A stretch of 64,000 nucleotides of DNA, from contig DXJO01000008.1 in NCBI GenBank assembly GCA_019057475.1, positions 1-64,000 on the forward strand, given 5' to 3'. This stretch comes from Candidatus Thorarchaeota archaeon (lineage in GTDB: Archaea > Asgardarchaeota > Thorarchaeia > Thorarchaeales > Thorarchaeaceae). A program made the translations under genes and the position numbers. Every line of letters begins with the position of its first letter. The stretch's first letter is position 1. Shown here one piece after another: positions 55,647-64,000 of this stretch. The notes beneath the pieces are model-generated. The model had not been told where the DNA came from. It searched no databases and saw only the letters and a program-made list of their open reading frames with translations.

Positions 55647-58600
55647 TTAGACTAGGTACTTCAACATCTTCTGTAAATCTTCAAGTACGTCATAGCTTGG
55701 TGGGTCAACAAAGAGACACATGCGAACAGTATGTCCTTCACCCGGTTTCAACCATGTCGAGAAGTCCATTGCTCCACCGATAATCATTGTATTAAGATGA
55801 AGAGCTAATGACTTGTTGACTGGACTGTCCACGAGAATTCCGACACCATCTTCACCTCTGTTAAGCAGAATTGCATTCGATTTAGGCATAATCACAGCAG
55901 GAACAGGACTAGGACGAGTTGTAGTTACCCTGTCGTTCCATCTTGCAGTCATAATTGTGTCCTTAAGGTCACTACCAATGACAGGATCTACAAGAAGCGA
56001 AGGAAAGAACCTCATTGGTGCCTTGGTGTCGTTACGGATATTCAAGTCAATCAAAATGAGAGGGCTACCCGGCGCGGTGAGATACCTAAGTCTGAAATCA
56101 GCACCACGACAAGTCTGCTGGATTGTCCCCTTCCATCGAAGTTCCACACCTTTCCAGGTGCCTCTAATCTCGCATGATTTCGCATCCATTTCTTCATGGT
56201 TTGTCAGAGCTTTGGTGAGATCCTCGTCCATGTCTTCATCCCAAGCAAGGGGCTGCACACCACCAAAGTAGTTCTCAAGAAACTCCTTTGGTCTTGGTGT
56301 TGGAAAACTCGATGCAAGAAGGTCAACTGACCGGCTATTCTTCAAAGAGAAAAGGCACCCACCGTAATCCGGGGACACCTTGAATTCACATTCCCCATTA
56401 GAGACTCTGAAGACCTTGAGCCCCTCTTCCTCGGTCTCCTCTATGCTAATGGATTTACTTGAGTCACCAAGTTGTATCAATGCGAATTGACCCACAACGT
56501 CAGTCGCTGTGAAGAAACGCAGAGTACCCTTGTGAATTCCAAACCCAGATGGGATATGTTTTGCAGGCCTCAAACCTATTGAATATGTGAGTTCATCATC
56601 CACGACTATTTCATGTACACCCGATACTGGGGCCGCATCACCTAGGCTCTTACCGTCAGGTCCTTTGAGCTCGACAAGCCAACCATCTGGTGCCTCAACC
56701 ATTAGACCTCCAGGAATTGGTGGAACAGGAATCTTTCTGATTCTGAATTCGCCAGCAGCCTCCATTGCATGTGGAAGAACTATTGGCTTGGCTTCAAAAC
56801 CAAGGGGGTCATTTGCTTCGACATAATCTGACATCTCAGAAGGAATCATCACGCGACCGTCAACGAGTGACATCCAAGCACGACGGATAGCTCGCCAATG
56901 AGGTGCACCTAAGATGTTCCAGACTCGTGATACACATCTGGACTCACCAGGTTCGATTATGACTGGCTTGTATAGAATCCGATTGATCTGACCACTTGAG
57001 ATGTTTATTTCTTCGATTCCCTCTGGACTCCAGATTTGACCCACAGTGGTCATTTCATCCTGAATAGCTACCCATTGTTCTCTGAAAGAATCAGGACTGT
57101 TCGAGATACTTGGATAATTTAGCATGAAACTTGTTCCTGGAGCTCTAGCAATTCCAGTTTCTAGAGGTATGTAAACACTGGCTGTACCTCCAGCTAAAGA
57201 GAAACCACCGCCACCACCATTCATCCTTTGCTGCATTAAATGACTCTCAGTACTTGTATTAGTGACCCAAATTTCATGCGTTACAATATCTGAATCGTGT
57301 CTGAAGATTATCCGGTCTTCAACAGTCAAGGGGCGTTCTGGATGTTCAGCTTTCAAGGAAACATATGTTTTAAGGCTATCAGCATCAACACTGACTTCAC
57401 GCTCAGCATCTCTGAAGGGATTGAGACCGAAAGGTGGACCTATCTCACCAGCCATTCGGAGTGTAAGTACCACACCTCCACTCTGTCTATCGGATAGCCG
57501 CACGTAACCACCCTCACGAGAGATCGATGCTGTATACTTGTTTCCAACAACGACAACTCGCTTAAGCCGATCATCATGACCCACTGCCACATGGTTCCCC
57601 TCAATGCAATAAACAGGAACTCTAAACTTCCTGGTTGTGAGATCAACACTTTTCCCACTATCATCCTTAAAATCCAGAGTCATTGAAACCCAGAGATCGT
57701 GTGCTCCAACGCCTAGAGATTCATCAGCTTCTACATCTAGAATAACACCACTCAGACCCTCAGGTGACATCTCAATATTGATTTCTGCAGGAGTCACTTC
57801 GAGTGGTACACCATCTTTCTCAACACGAAGCTTGCCCTTCATCGGTTTCCCAAATCTACTGACTACTGTGATGGGTAAGGAAGCCCGCCCACCAGGATTT
57901 ACCACACACTGGCCCCAGCGTGTACGGATCTCAGCAGCAGGACGTATCTTGAGTCCAGTTGTGAGTGTGGAGTCATTGCCATTCACATTCAATCTGGTAG
58001 TAATTGCAGGAGTCTTTAGCTCCTTTCTGAACAGCTCTGCTGTTGAGTCAAGATGAAATGGCACAGACCATTCTGCTGAATCAGATGCTGCAAGTTTGAT
58101 CTTTTTCTTGGGAGCTGCTCCAAAGCGTAGACCAGAGAAGCCTTCCAGTTCGACCTCAATCGCAAGGGCATCATCAGTTTCATTCTCTATTTGCAGTGTA
58201 TAAACAGATGGAACACCACAAACTGTGAGGTGTTCTTTCACTCTTGCCTGAACTTTGAGTCGTTTCCCATCTATAGTGCGGCAAATTCCAGCTATTGATT
58301 TGCAGAGTCTGTCTATCGTGACTTCTAACGAATTCTCTCCGTCCTGAAACTCATATTTGTAGACTAGCATCCCGTCTTCGTTGATATCATCAGGAGCCTG
58401 TGCAAGGTCACGCTTTTGCAGGTCATACCAGACATTTGGTCGGTTGTATTTTGAGAAGAATGGCTCACTCAGAGGATGCTTCAGGATTTGAGGAATGAAT
58501 CCCTCAAGATGTACACCATCAGCTTCGGGGTTCCACATGAGACCTATCTTCTTGTACAACGGAACAGCACGGATATTGCCTGCCCATGTGTGGAGGTCTA

Positions 58601-58970
58601 CTCTGGTGAATCCTCTCTCTATAGCAATGGACATTGCCTCTAGCAGTAGCCGCTTACCAACCTTCTTGCCAATTGCTTCAGGCGAAACTCCGAGTAATCC
58701 GACATATGCAGCCTCAGTGTCCACCCAATGTTGAAGGAGCGAACATAACCCAACAGGGTGCTTGGATTGTGTATCCACAGCAACCAGGATTGCCTCTGAT
58801 CTCATCTTACTATAGGTCTTCTTGACACGCTCCTCGGTGTAGGGAACACCCTGTGTGAATCCACCAATCCATAATTCATCCCACGAATTGAACATAGCAG
58901 CAATTCCTGCTGCAATACCGTCAGAGTATTCCACAATCTCAATGTCTGACTCTTCGCTCATCTTATTCAC
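55647..58970 (-). CDS. Large GNAT-domain protein
   Basis: YVGLLGVSPEAIGKKVGKRLL...DLHTWAGNIRAVPLYKKIG; long beta-rich C-terminus. Confidence 0.8.
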   Translation of the reverse strand: MNKMSEESDIEIVEYSDGIAAGIAAMFNSWDELWIGGFTQGVPYTEERVKKTYSKMRSEAILVAVDTQSKHPVGLCSLLQHWVDTEAAYVGLLGVSPEAIGKKVGKRLLLEAMSIAIERGFTRVDLHTWAGNIRAVPLYKKIGLMWNPEADGVHLEGFIPQILKHPLSEPFFSKYNRPNVWYDLQKRDLAQAPDDINEDGMLVYKYEFQDGENSLEVTIDRLCKSIAGICRTIDGKRLKVQARVKEHLTVCGVPSVYTLQIENETDDALAIEVELEGFSGLRFGAAPKKKIKLAASDSAEWSVPFHLDSTAELFRKELKTPAITTRLNVNGNDSTLTTGLKIRPAAEIRTRWGQCVVNPGGRASLPITVVSRFGKPMKGKLRVEKDGVPLEVTPAEINIEMSPEGLSGVILDVEADESLGVGAHDLWVSMTLDFKDDSGKSVDLTTRKFRVPVYCIEGNHVAVGHDDRLKRVVVVGNKYTASISREGGYVRLSDRQSGGVVLTLRMAGEIGPPFGLNPFRDAEREVSVDADSLKTYVSLKAEHPERPLTVEDRIIFRHDSDIVTHEIWVTNTSTESHLMQQRMNGGGGGFSLAGGTASVYIPLETGIARAPGTSFMLNYPSISNSPDSFREQWVAIQDEMTTVGQIWSPEGIEEINISSGQINRILYKPVIIEPGESRCVSRVWNILGAPHWRAIRRAWMSLVDGRVMIPSEMSDYVEANDPLGFEAKPIVLPHAMEAAGEFRIRKIPVPPIPGGLMVEAPDGWLVELKGPDGKSLGDAAPVSGVHEIVVDDELTYSIGLRPAKHIPSGFGIHKGTLRFFTATDVVGQFALIQLGDSSKSISIEETEEEGLKVFRVSNGECEFKVSPDYGGCLFSLKNSRSVDLLASSFPTPRPKEFLENYFGGVQPLAWDEDMDEDLTKALTNHEEMDAKSCEIRGTWKGVELRWKGTIQQTCRGADFRLRYLTAPGSPLILIDLNIRNDTKAPMRFFPSLLVDPVIGSDLKDTIMTARWNDRVTTTRPSPVPAVIMPKSNAILLNRGEDGVGILVDSPVNKSLALHLNTMIIGGAMDFSTWLKPGEGHTVRMCLFVDPPSYDVLEDLQKMLKYLV

Positions 58971-59233
58971 TCCGATGTCAAAGCCCCAGTTGGCACGAAG
59001 GTTGAGTAGATATAGGTTGGATGGTCACAGCATATTATAGTTATGAAAACTTGTGACCAGAAGAGTGACCACAATAAAGATTCAGGCACACACTATAGGC
59101 GGCCCAACGGAGCTATTCCCATCCCTGGCTCCGCTCCCTCTCCAAGATGCCCATGGGAAACCTTCTTGACTATCGGACGGTATTGAAGTTGCGGCGCTCG
59201 CAGTGAGCAGCGTGTCTAGAAGAGGGATAGGCG

Positions 59234-60199
59234 TTGTCTAGTAGTAAGTTGATGTCGGCATCCGAATCCGTGAAGCGTTTCGTCAATGGTGGCGACTGTC
59301 TTTCCGTTGGAGGCTTCACGATAAACCGAAACCCAATGGCCTTGGTCTATGAAGTACTCAGACAACGGACCAAGGACCTCCACGTTGTGATGCACTCCGG
59401 TAGTCAGGCACTGGACCTGCTCATAGGTGCCGGTCGAGTCAGTCTACTGGAGATTGCATATGGGGCAAATGGGCGGTTGGCACCCACTTGTGTCAGATTC
59501 AGGAAAGCCATAGAGCAAGGAACTCTGAAGGTCGAGGATTACACCAACTACCAGATGACTCTCAGGTTCATGGCTGGAGTCATGGGTGTTCCCTTCCTTC
59601 CAACCTATTCCTCCTTGGGCACGGACATCATAGAACGATGGGGGTTCAGTACCGACATGAGGTCGTCCAATCCTCAGCTTCCAAGGAAGAAGCTCGCCGT
59701 TACTGAAGATCCCTTCAGCGATAAGGCCAGTCAAGTTGTCCTTGTGCCAGCGGTGAACCCTGATGTCGCTCTAATCCATGCACAGAAGGCAGCTGAGGAT
59801 GGCACAGTCCGTCTGGAGGGATTGACCTTTGCAGACATTGAGCAGGCGAGGGCATCGAAGCATGTGATAGTATCGTGTGAGGAACTGGTATCTCCTGCTG
59901 AGCTCCGCAAGGAGCCGTGGAACAACAGCATTCCGCATGTTCTAGTCGATGCTGTGGTGCATCAACCCCTTGGAGCACATCCCACTGCATGCTACCTGCA
60001 TTATGACTACGACATGGAGCATCTCCTCAAATACAAGGAACTTGCAGACGATGATTACCAGTTCGAGAACTACCTGAAGGAGTTCGTGCTCGATGTCGAC
60101 TGCCATGATGACTATCTGAAACTGATAGGAACCAAGCGGCTGAAGAGCATCAAAGCTACTCCAGAACTGGGCTATGCGAGGAGGGACAGCGACCTTTGA
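59234..60199 (+). CDS. CoA-transferase subunit A (glutaconate CoA-transferase-like)
   Basis: VGGFT..RNPMALV.E, LDLLIGAG, PDVALIHAQKA..DG, GAHPT. Confidence 0.9.
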   Translation: MSSSKLMSASESVKRFVNGGDCLSVGGFTINRNPMALVYEVLRQRTKDLHVVMHSGSQALDLLIGAGRVSLLEIAYGANGRLAPTCVRFRKAIEQGTLKVEDYTNYQMTLRFMAGVMGVPFLPTYSSLGTDIIERWGFSTDMRSSNPQLPRKKLAVTEDPFSDKASQVVLVPAVNPDVALIHAQKAAEDGTVRLEGLTFADIEQARASKHVIVSCEELVSPAELRKEPWNNSIPHVLVDAVVHQPLGAHPTACYLHYDYDMEHLLKYKELADDDYQFENYLKEFVLDVDCHDDYLKLIGTKRLKSIKATPELGYARRDSDL

Positions 60200-60966
60200 A
60201 GATAGAATACTCGCCGCTTGAGATGATGGCCATTGCCTGTTCGCGCAGAATCCAGGACGACGATATCGTGTTCTGTGGAACTGGCCTTCCTCTTCTGGGG
60301 GCCATGACTGCGAAGAAGACGCACGCACCCAACTGTGTCGTGTTCTTCGAAACCGGTGCCTTGGATCCTGTACTGCTTGAGATTCCGCTGTCGGTGGCTG
60401 ATTCCAGAGTTATGCACGGAGCATCCCATAACGGGGGTCTCGCAGATGCGTTCGCTTTCATGCAGAATCGATTCTCTGGTCCCAAGGTCTTAGGGTTGCT
60501 TTCAGGGGCGCAAATCGACATGTATGGCAACCTGAACAGCACGGTCATTGGTGATTCCAACAAACCTACAACTCGCTTGCCCGGAAGCGGTGGTGCTTGC
60601 GATGTTGCCAGCCTTGTGGGCCGCACAATGATCTTTATGAAACATGAGCGAAGGCGATTTGTCGAACACCTTGATTACTTGACGAGCCCCGGCTGGTTGC
60701 AAGGAGGCACCTCACGTCAAGAAGCAGGTCTCATCCGCGGAGGTCCTGTGGCTGTAGTCACCACGCTCGGTGTCTTGGAGTTCGATGAGAAGACAAAGCG
60801 AATGTATCTCTCGACGTACTACGCGAATGCGTCTGTTGAAGAGACCGTTAAGAACACGGGCTTCAAGCTGAGTGTTTCAAGAGCCAGACAAGAACCAAGT
60901 CCAACTCCCGAAGAGCTGGATGTTCTCAGGACCGCGGTGGATCCCTTTGGACTGATTCTTGATTAA
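60196..60966 (+). CDS. CoA-transferase subunit B
   Basis: GTGLP, HAPN..VFFETG (catalytic Glu), GAQIDMYGNLNST, LPGSGG, VVTTLG. Confidence 0.9.
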   Translation: MKIEYSPLEMMAIACSRRIQDDDIVFCGTGLPLLGAMTAKKTHAPNCVVFFETGALDPVLLEIPLSVADSRVMHGASHNGGLADAFAFMQNRFSGPKVLGLLSGAQIDMYGNLNSTVIGDSNKPTTRLPGSGGACDVASLVGRTMIFMKHERRRFVEHLDYLTSPGWLQGGTSRQEAGLIRGGPVAVVTTLGVLEFDEKTKRMYLSTYYANASVEETVKNTGFKLSVSRARQEPSPTPEELDVLRTAVDPFGLILD

Positions 60967-61008
60967 TAGTCCTGCACGCCTTGTAATCTGACAGGGGGTC
61001 ACTGGACA

Positions 61009-61170
61009 GATACAAGTGCAGCCTGTATGGACTGTGGAATGTACGAACACATGTATCTGGTTGGAGCTATCCATCTTATCGATCGAACTCCTCGCGTCAA
61101 CGCTCATCAATACATCAGATGTAGAACCCGTGTGACCGCTTGTCCGCAGGGAGCAATCCGTGTCGGGGAA
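61009..61170 (+). pseudogene. Decayed 2[4Fe-4S] ferredoxin-like remnant
   Basis: CMDCGMYEHMYLVGAI...YIRCRTRVTACPQGAI; several ligand Cys replaced by Tyr/Arg. Confidence 0.55.
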
Positions 61171-61278
61171 TGCGACAGGAATGCTTCGTTTGGTAAAGGC
61201 GCAGGCACGGATTGAAGCGGCTTCTCTCAAGCGAAACATCACGAATGTTTTTTACGCATACAATCCAGGACTGACAGC

Positions 61279-61950
61279 ATGGCTGATGACTTTGGATTGA
61301 ATGTCAATCCCGAGGACGAATTGCAGGATGGCATCGTAACAGAAGACGAGCTCAGGAATCAAATGCAAAGAAAGCGAAACCGCAGCATACCTTTGGTCTT
61401 TGCTCTCGTACTGGTTTTTATTACGCCGTTTCTAGTCCCGCCTGTAGCAAGTGACATTACGTTCATCAGCACGATAGTTGTCGCTTACCCGATTTTCATG
61501 GTGGGCGTCTATCGACTAGCGAAGAGCTCGATTCTAAAGAACTTCCTTTTTGGTATCAAGATTCTGCGACGTGTGGGCCTCCCAGAACCGGTGATCACAG
61601 AGCAGTACGCCGCGACAAAGCGAGGAGCTACCCATCTGTTTGTTCTCCAGAATACGAGTTGTCTATACTTCGTCACGTTCACGCAGACTGAAATGGCTCT
61701 AACAGGGAAGATTGACGTACCCAAAACATTCTGGAAGTGGAATCCAACCGTGAGTATTGCTGGTCTGAAACTCCACAAGAGAGAAGGCCTTTTCTCAATT
61801 CCTACCCTTGAAAGGCAGTGCATCTCCGGTGAAGGGATTCTCTATGCTAGTCCATACTTGGGTACGGCGTACATGCTGCACGTTCCTGAATTCTCAAGGG
61901 AACAGCTTCTCGCCGTCGCGGAATATGTTTCTCAGCAGGTTTCAAGCTAG
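61279..61950 (+). CDS. 2-TM membrane protein, paralogue 1
   Basis: KREGLFSIPT...ISGEGILY...FSREQLL. Confidence 0.75.
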   Translation: MADDFGLNVNPEDELQDGIVTEDELRNQMQRKRNRSIPLVFALVLVFITPFLVPPVASDITFISTIVVAYPIFMVGVYRLAKSSILKNFLFGIKILRRVGLPEPVITEQYAATKRGATHLFVLQNTSCLYFVTFTQTEMALTGKIDVPKTFWKWNPTVSIAGLKLHKREGLFSIPTLERQCISGEGILYASPYLGTAYMLHVPEFSREQLLAVAEYVSQQVSS

Positions 61951-62041
61951 GAAGATTTGCCGAATTCAACGAGTTCGATTGGACCGCGAGGTGATGTACT
62001 ATTCATTCTCAGGTGCATAGAGCAGTCGAGGGTTTGAAATC

Positions 62042-62257
62042 GGTCTCATTCGGGGCGGCCCCGTAACATTGGTCACCACACTCGGTGTCTTGGAATTCGA
62101 TGGGACGACAAATCGAATGCATCTCTCGACGTACTATGAGAATGTGTCTGTTGAAGAGATTGCAAGGAACACGGGATTCAAGCTGGATGTAACAAGGGCC
62201 AAGCAGGAGCCAAGTCCAACCCCCGAAGAGGTGGATGTTCTCAGAACCGATGTGGAC
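62042..62257 (+). pseudogene. Duplicated 3' part of CoA-transferase subunit B
   Basis: Aligns without gaps to 60727-60942; 40 differences in 216 nt, many synonymous. Confidence 0.9.
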
Positions 62258-62632
62258 CGTTGCCCGAAACTTATACAATCCTGGACATCAATATCATTGA
62301 CTGATGTTCGGTTCCTGATTCATTGAGGTCTGCTCTGCAGATCCTACTGAATCTGCGACAAGTCTTACGTCCTCTCCACAGGCGTTTTCTGTCTCCGTCC
62401 AACTGGCGGCGACCAAATTACATGGAGGCCCTAGCACTCTGCATTGAACATCCACACCACTCAATCCTGAGCATATGTTATAACCACCTACAAAATGTCA
62501 AGAAGATTGTACAAGTTCTTGGCAACTGTTGCATACCCTCTTTTAGGAGGGCCTTGTGACCTCATCCATATCGACCACCTCCAGACACGCTTTTGTATTC
62601 ATTGCGTAGATGGATTAAGAGAGGGAACAGCT

Positions 62633-63301
62633 ATGCACGATTTTTCAGATTCTTCATTCTCCCCCAAGGAGCAGGAGATTCGAAATGGATTACGATTAAG
62701 ACTTCGCTTGGGCCTTCTCTTGACTATCTTCGCAATCGCGTTGTTCGCTTCTCTCAACCTGATTCACGGTTTGGTTCCAGAGGCGATTGAGCTCTTGCTG
62801 TTTGTAGCATTCATGGTGATGATCCTTGTCGGATTCCTTGTCAGCGGTTACTACGGACTAGGCCGTATCCTCTTCTTCCATAGTCTAGACCTGATCAGGA
62901 TGATTGCCCCTGACGAGATGGTGGTGACTAGTAGATATGGAGTAGTCAGAAGAGGATCTGTTTACATCTTGGCGAAATGGGGTGCAGATGTCCTCACGTT
63001 CATCGCGTTCTTGCACTCTGAACCAGCTCTTACCCCGAAGATCAAGATACCGTCAATTATCTGGCGTTGGGAACACACAATTCCCATTGACAGTCTGAAA
63101 GTCACGCGACGAGAAGGGCACTTCACTGTGCCGACTTCAGAGAATTCATTCATCAGTGGAGAAGGCATCCTCTATTCGCTAATAATCGATCCTAGTCGGC
63201 ATTCTAGACAGACATCGGGCTTCTCGAGAGACCAGCTCCTGCGTATTGTCGATACGCTTAGTGAGGAAACGACAAGCTATGGCAGTGGCAGAGTAGAATG
63301 A
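62633..63301 (+). CDS. 2-TM membrane protein, paralogue 2
   Basis: RREGHFTVPT...ISGEGILY...FSRDQLL; start placed at MHDFSD. Confidence 0.75.
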   Translation: MHDFSDSSFSPKEQEIRNGLRLRLRLGLLLTIFAIALFASLNLIHGLVPEAIELLLFVAFMVMILVGFLVSGYYGLGRILFFHSLDLIRMIAPDEMVVTSRYGVVRRGSVYILAKWGADVLTFIAFLHSEPALTPKIKIPSIIWRWEHTIPIDSLKVTRREGHFTVPTSENSFISGEGILYSLIIDPSRHSRQTSGFSRDQLLRIVDTLSEETTSYGSGRVE

Positions 63302-63534
63302 TATTTCCACAAAGGGTGGAGAGTTTGGTGTAACTTCCTGCAGCTTCATGATTCTCAGGGAAGAGGTGTAACTGCATTGAAACCACTCTCTCCCACCGTG
63401 GCATTTGATGCTGCAGTTACCAGTAGTGCCGTTCTCTCTCAGTATTGAAACGGAGCATAACATGAAGTTCGAAACACTAAATAGCTCAAACAGACATATG
63501 AATAGTGTTGCAGATTCCAGGGTTGAAATTGCTG

Positions 63535-64000
63535 ATGCAGAAACAGGCTGCCAGTCTAAAGGTTGAAAAGAAGTCGACATATCTATGGGTTCTCTTCGCG
63601 GTTTGTCTCCTCACTCTTACGGTCCCACCAGCAGGTAGTCTGGCTACACGCAGTCATGAGAGCGACGATCAGAATCCCCTGATCTGGCAGGGCCCGGGCA
63701 TGCCGGTGCAGAGAAGCGCCCCCTTGGCGGAAAGGCCAAGCTTTGAGTTGCTGAGAAGCTCTCTGCGTCAGCGCAGCAGACTTGAAGCCACTGTATCACT
63801 ATCTGGGTTTCATGGAAGCAGCCCAGGACGTTCACTAAGGGCGACGCAGCAGCAGGCCTTGCCGACCAGCTCGATGCTGGCTATGGCTGGATTGACACCA
63901 CATGGTCCCATTGTCATACTTAGCGACTCGGATTTCGCGGCTCAAGGATGGCCCGGCTCAGGCACATCGGGTGATCCGTATAGGATTGAGCATCTAGCAA
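63535..64000 (+). CDS. 5' part of a NosD/beta-helix-type surface protein (runs off window)
   Basis: Open frame from ATG 63535; hydrophobic LWVLFAVCLLTL; TPHGPIVILSDSDFAAQGWPGSGTSGDPYRIE resembles the 37352 head. Confidence 0.7.
   Translation, partial: MQKQAASLKVEKKSTYLWVLFAVCLLTLTVPPAGSLATRSHESDDQNPLIWQGPGMPVQRSAPLAERPSFELLRSSLRQRSRLEATVSLSGFHGSSPGRSLRATQQQALPTSSMLAMAGLTPHGPIVILSDSDFAAQGWPGSGTSGDPYRIEHLA

Overview
Archaeal chromosome segment, most likely an Asgard archaeon (Thorarchaeia-like). This is inferred from a roadblock gene, a diphthamide-less EF-2 paralogue, TBPs and many single-pass surface proteins with W/D/N-rich cadherin-like stalks. Housekeeping or conserved blocks: ABC transporters; roadblock - thioredoxin/KaiB-like - two single-domain KaiC - TPR-like; Lrp - acyltransferase - EF-2 paralogue; thyA / nrdH-like / nrdD; surE / RNase J-like; CoA-transferase alpha and beta. 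Accessory blocks: a ~16 kb defence-type island (about 21.0-37.05 kb) with two divergent TBP paralogues, a Type I R-M system, an NdpA/YejK + membrane pair, alkA and four PD-(D/E)xK-type genes; a SatD + DUF3307-like pair; an orphan CARF-PIN; and large surface proteins. Three signals stand out. (1) A KaiB-like CxxC thioredoxin is translationally coupled to a KaiC CI-like ATPase carrying the KaiB-binding B-loop, followed by a separate CII-like gene, i.e. a candidate split, redox-gated Kai module. (2) Four pairs of diverged direct repeats (96-216 bp, about 81-92% identical) bracket cargo genes with no integrase or transposase. (3) One of those pairs is a structured ~165-nt non-coding element flanking a TBP paralogue. 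No rRNA, tRNA or CRISPR array was seen. All family calls are by-eye motif recognition; no database search was run.
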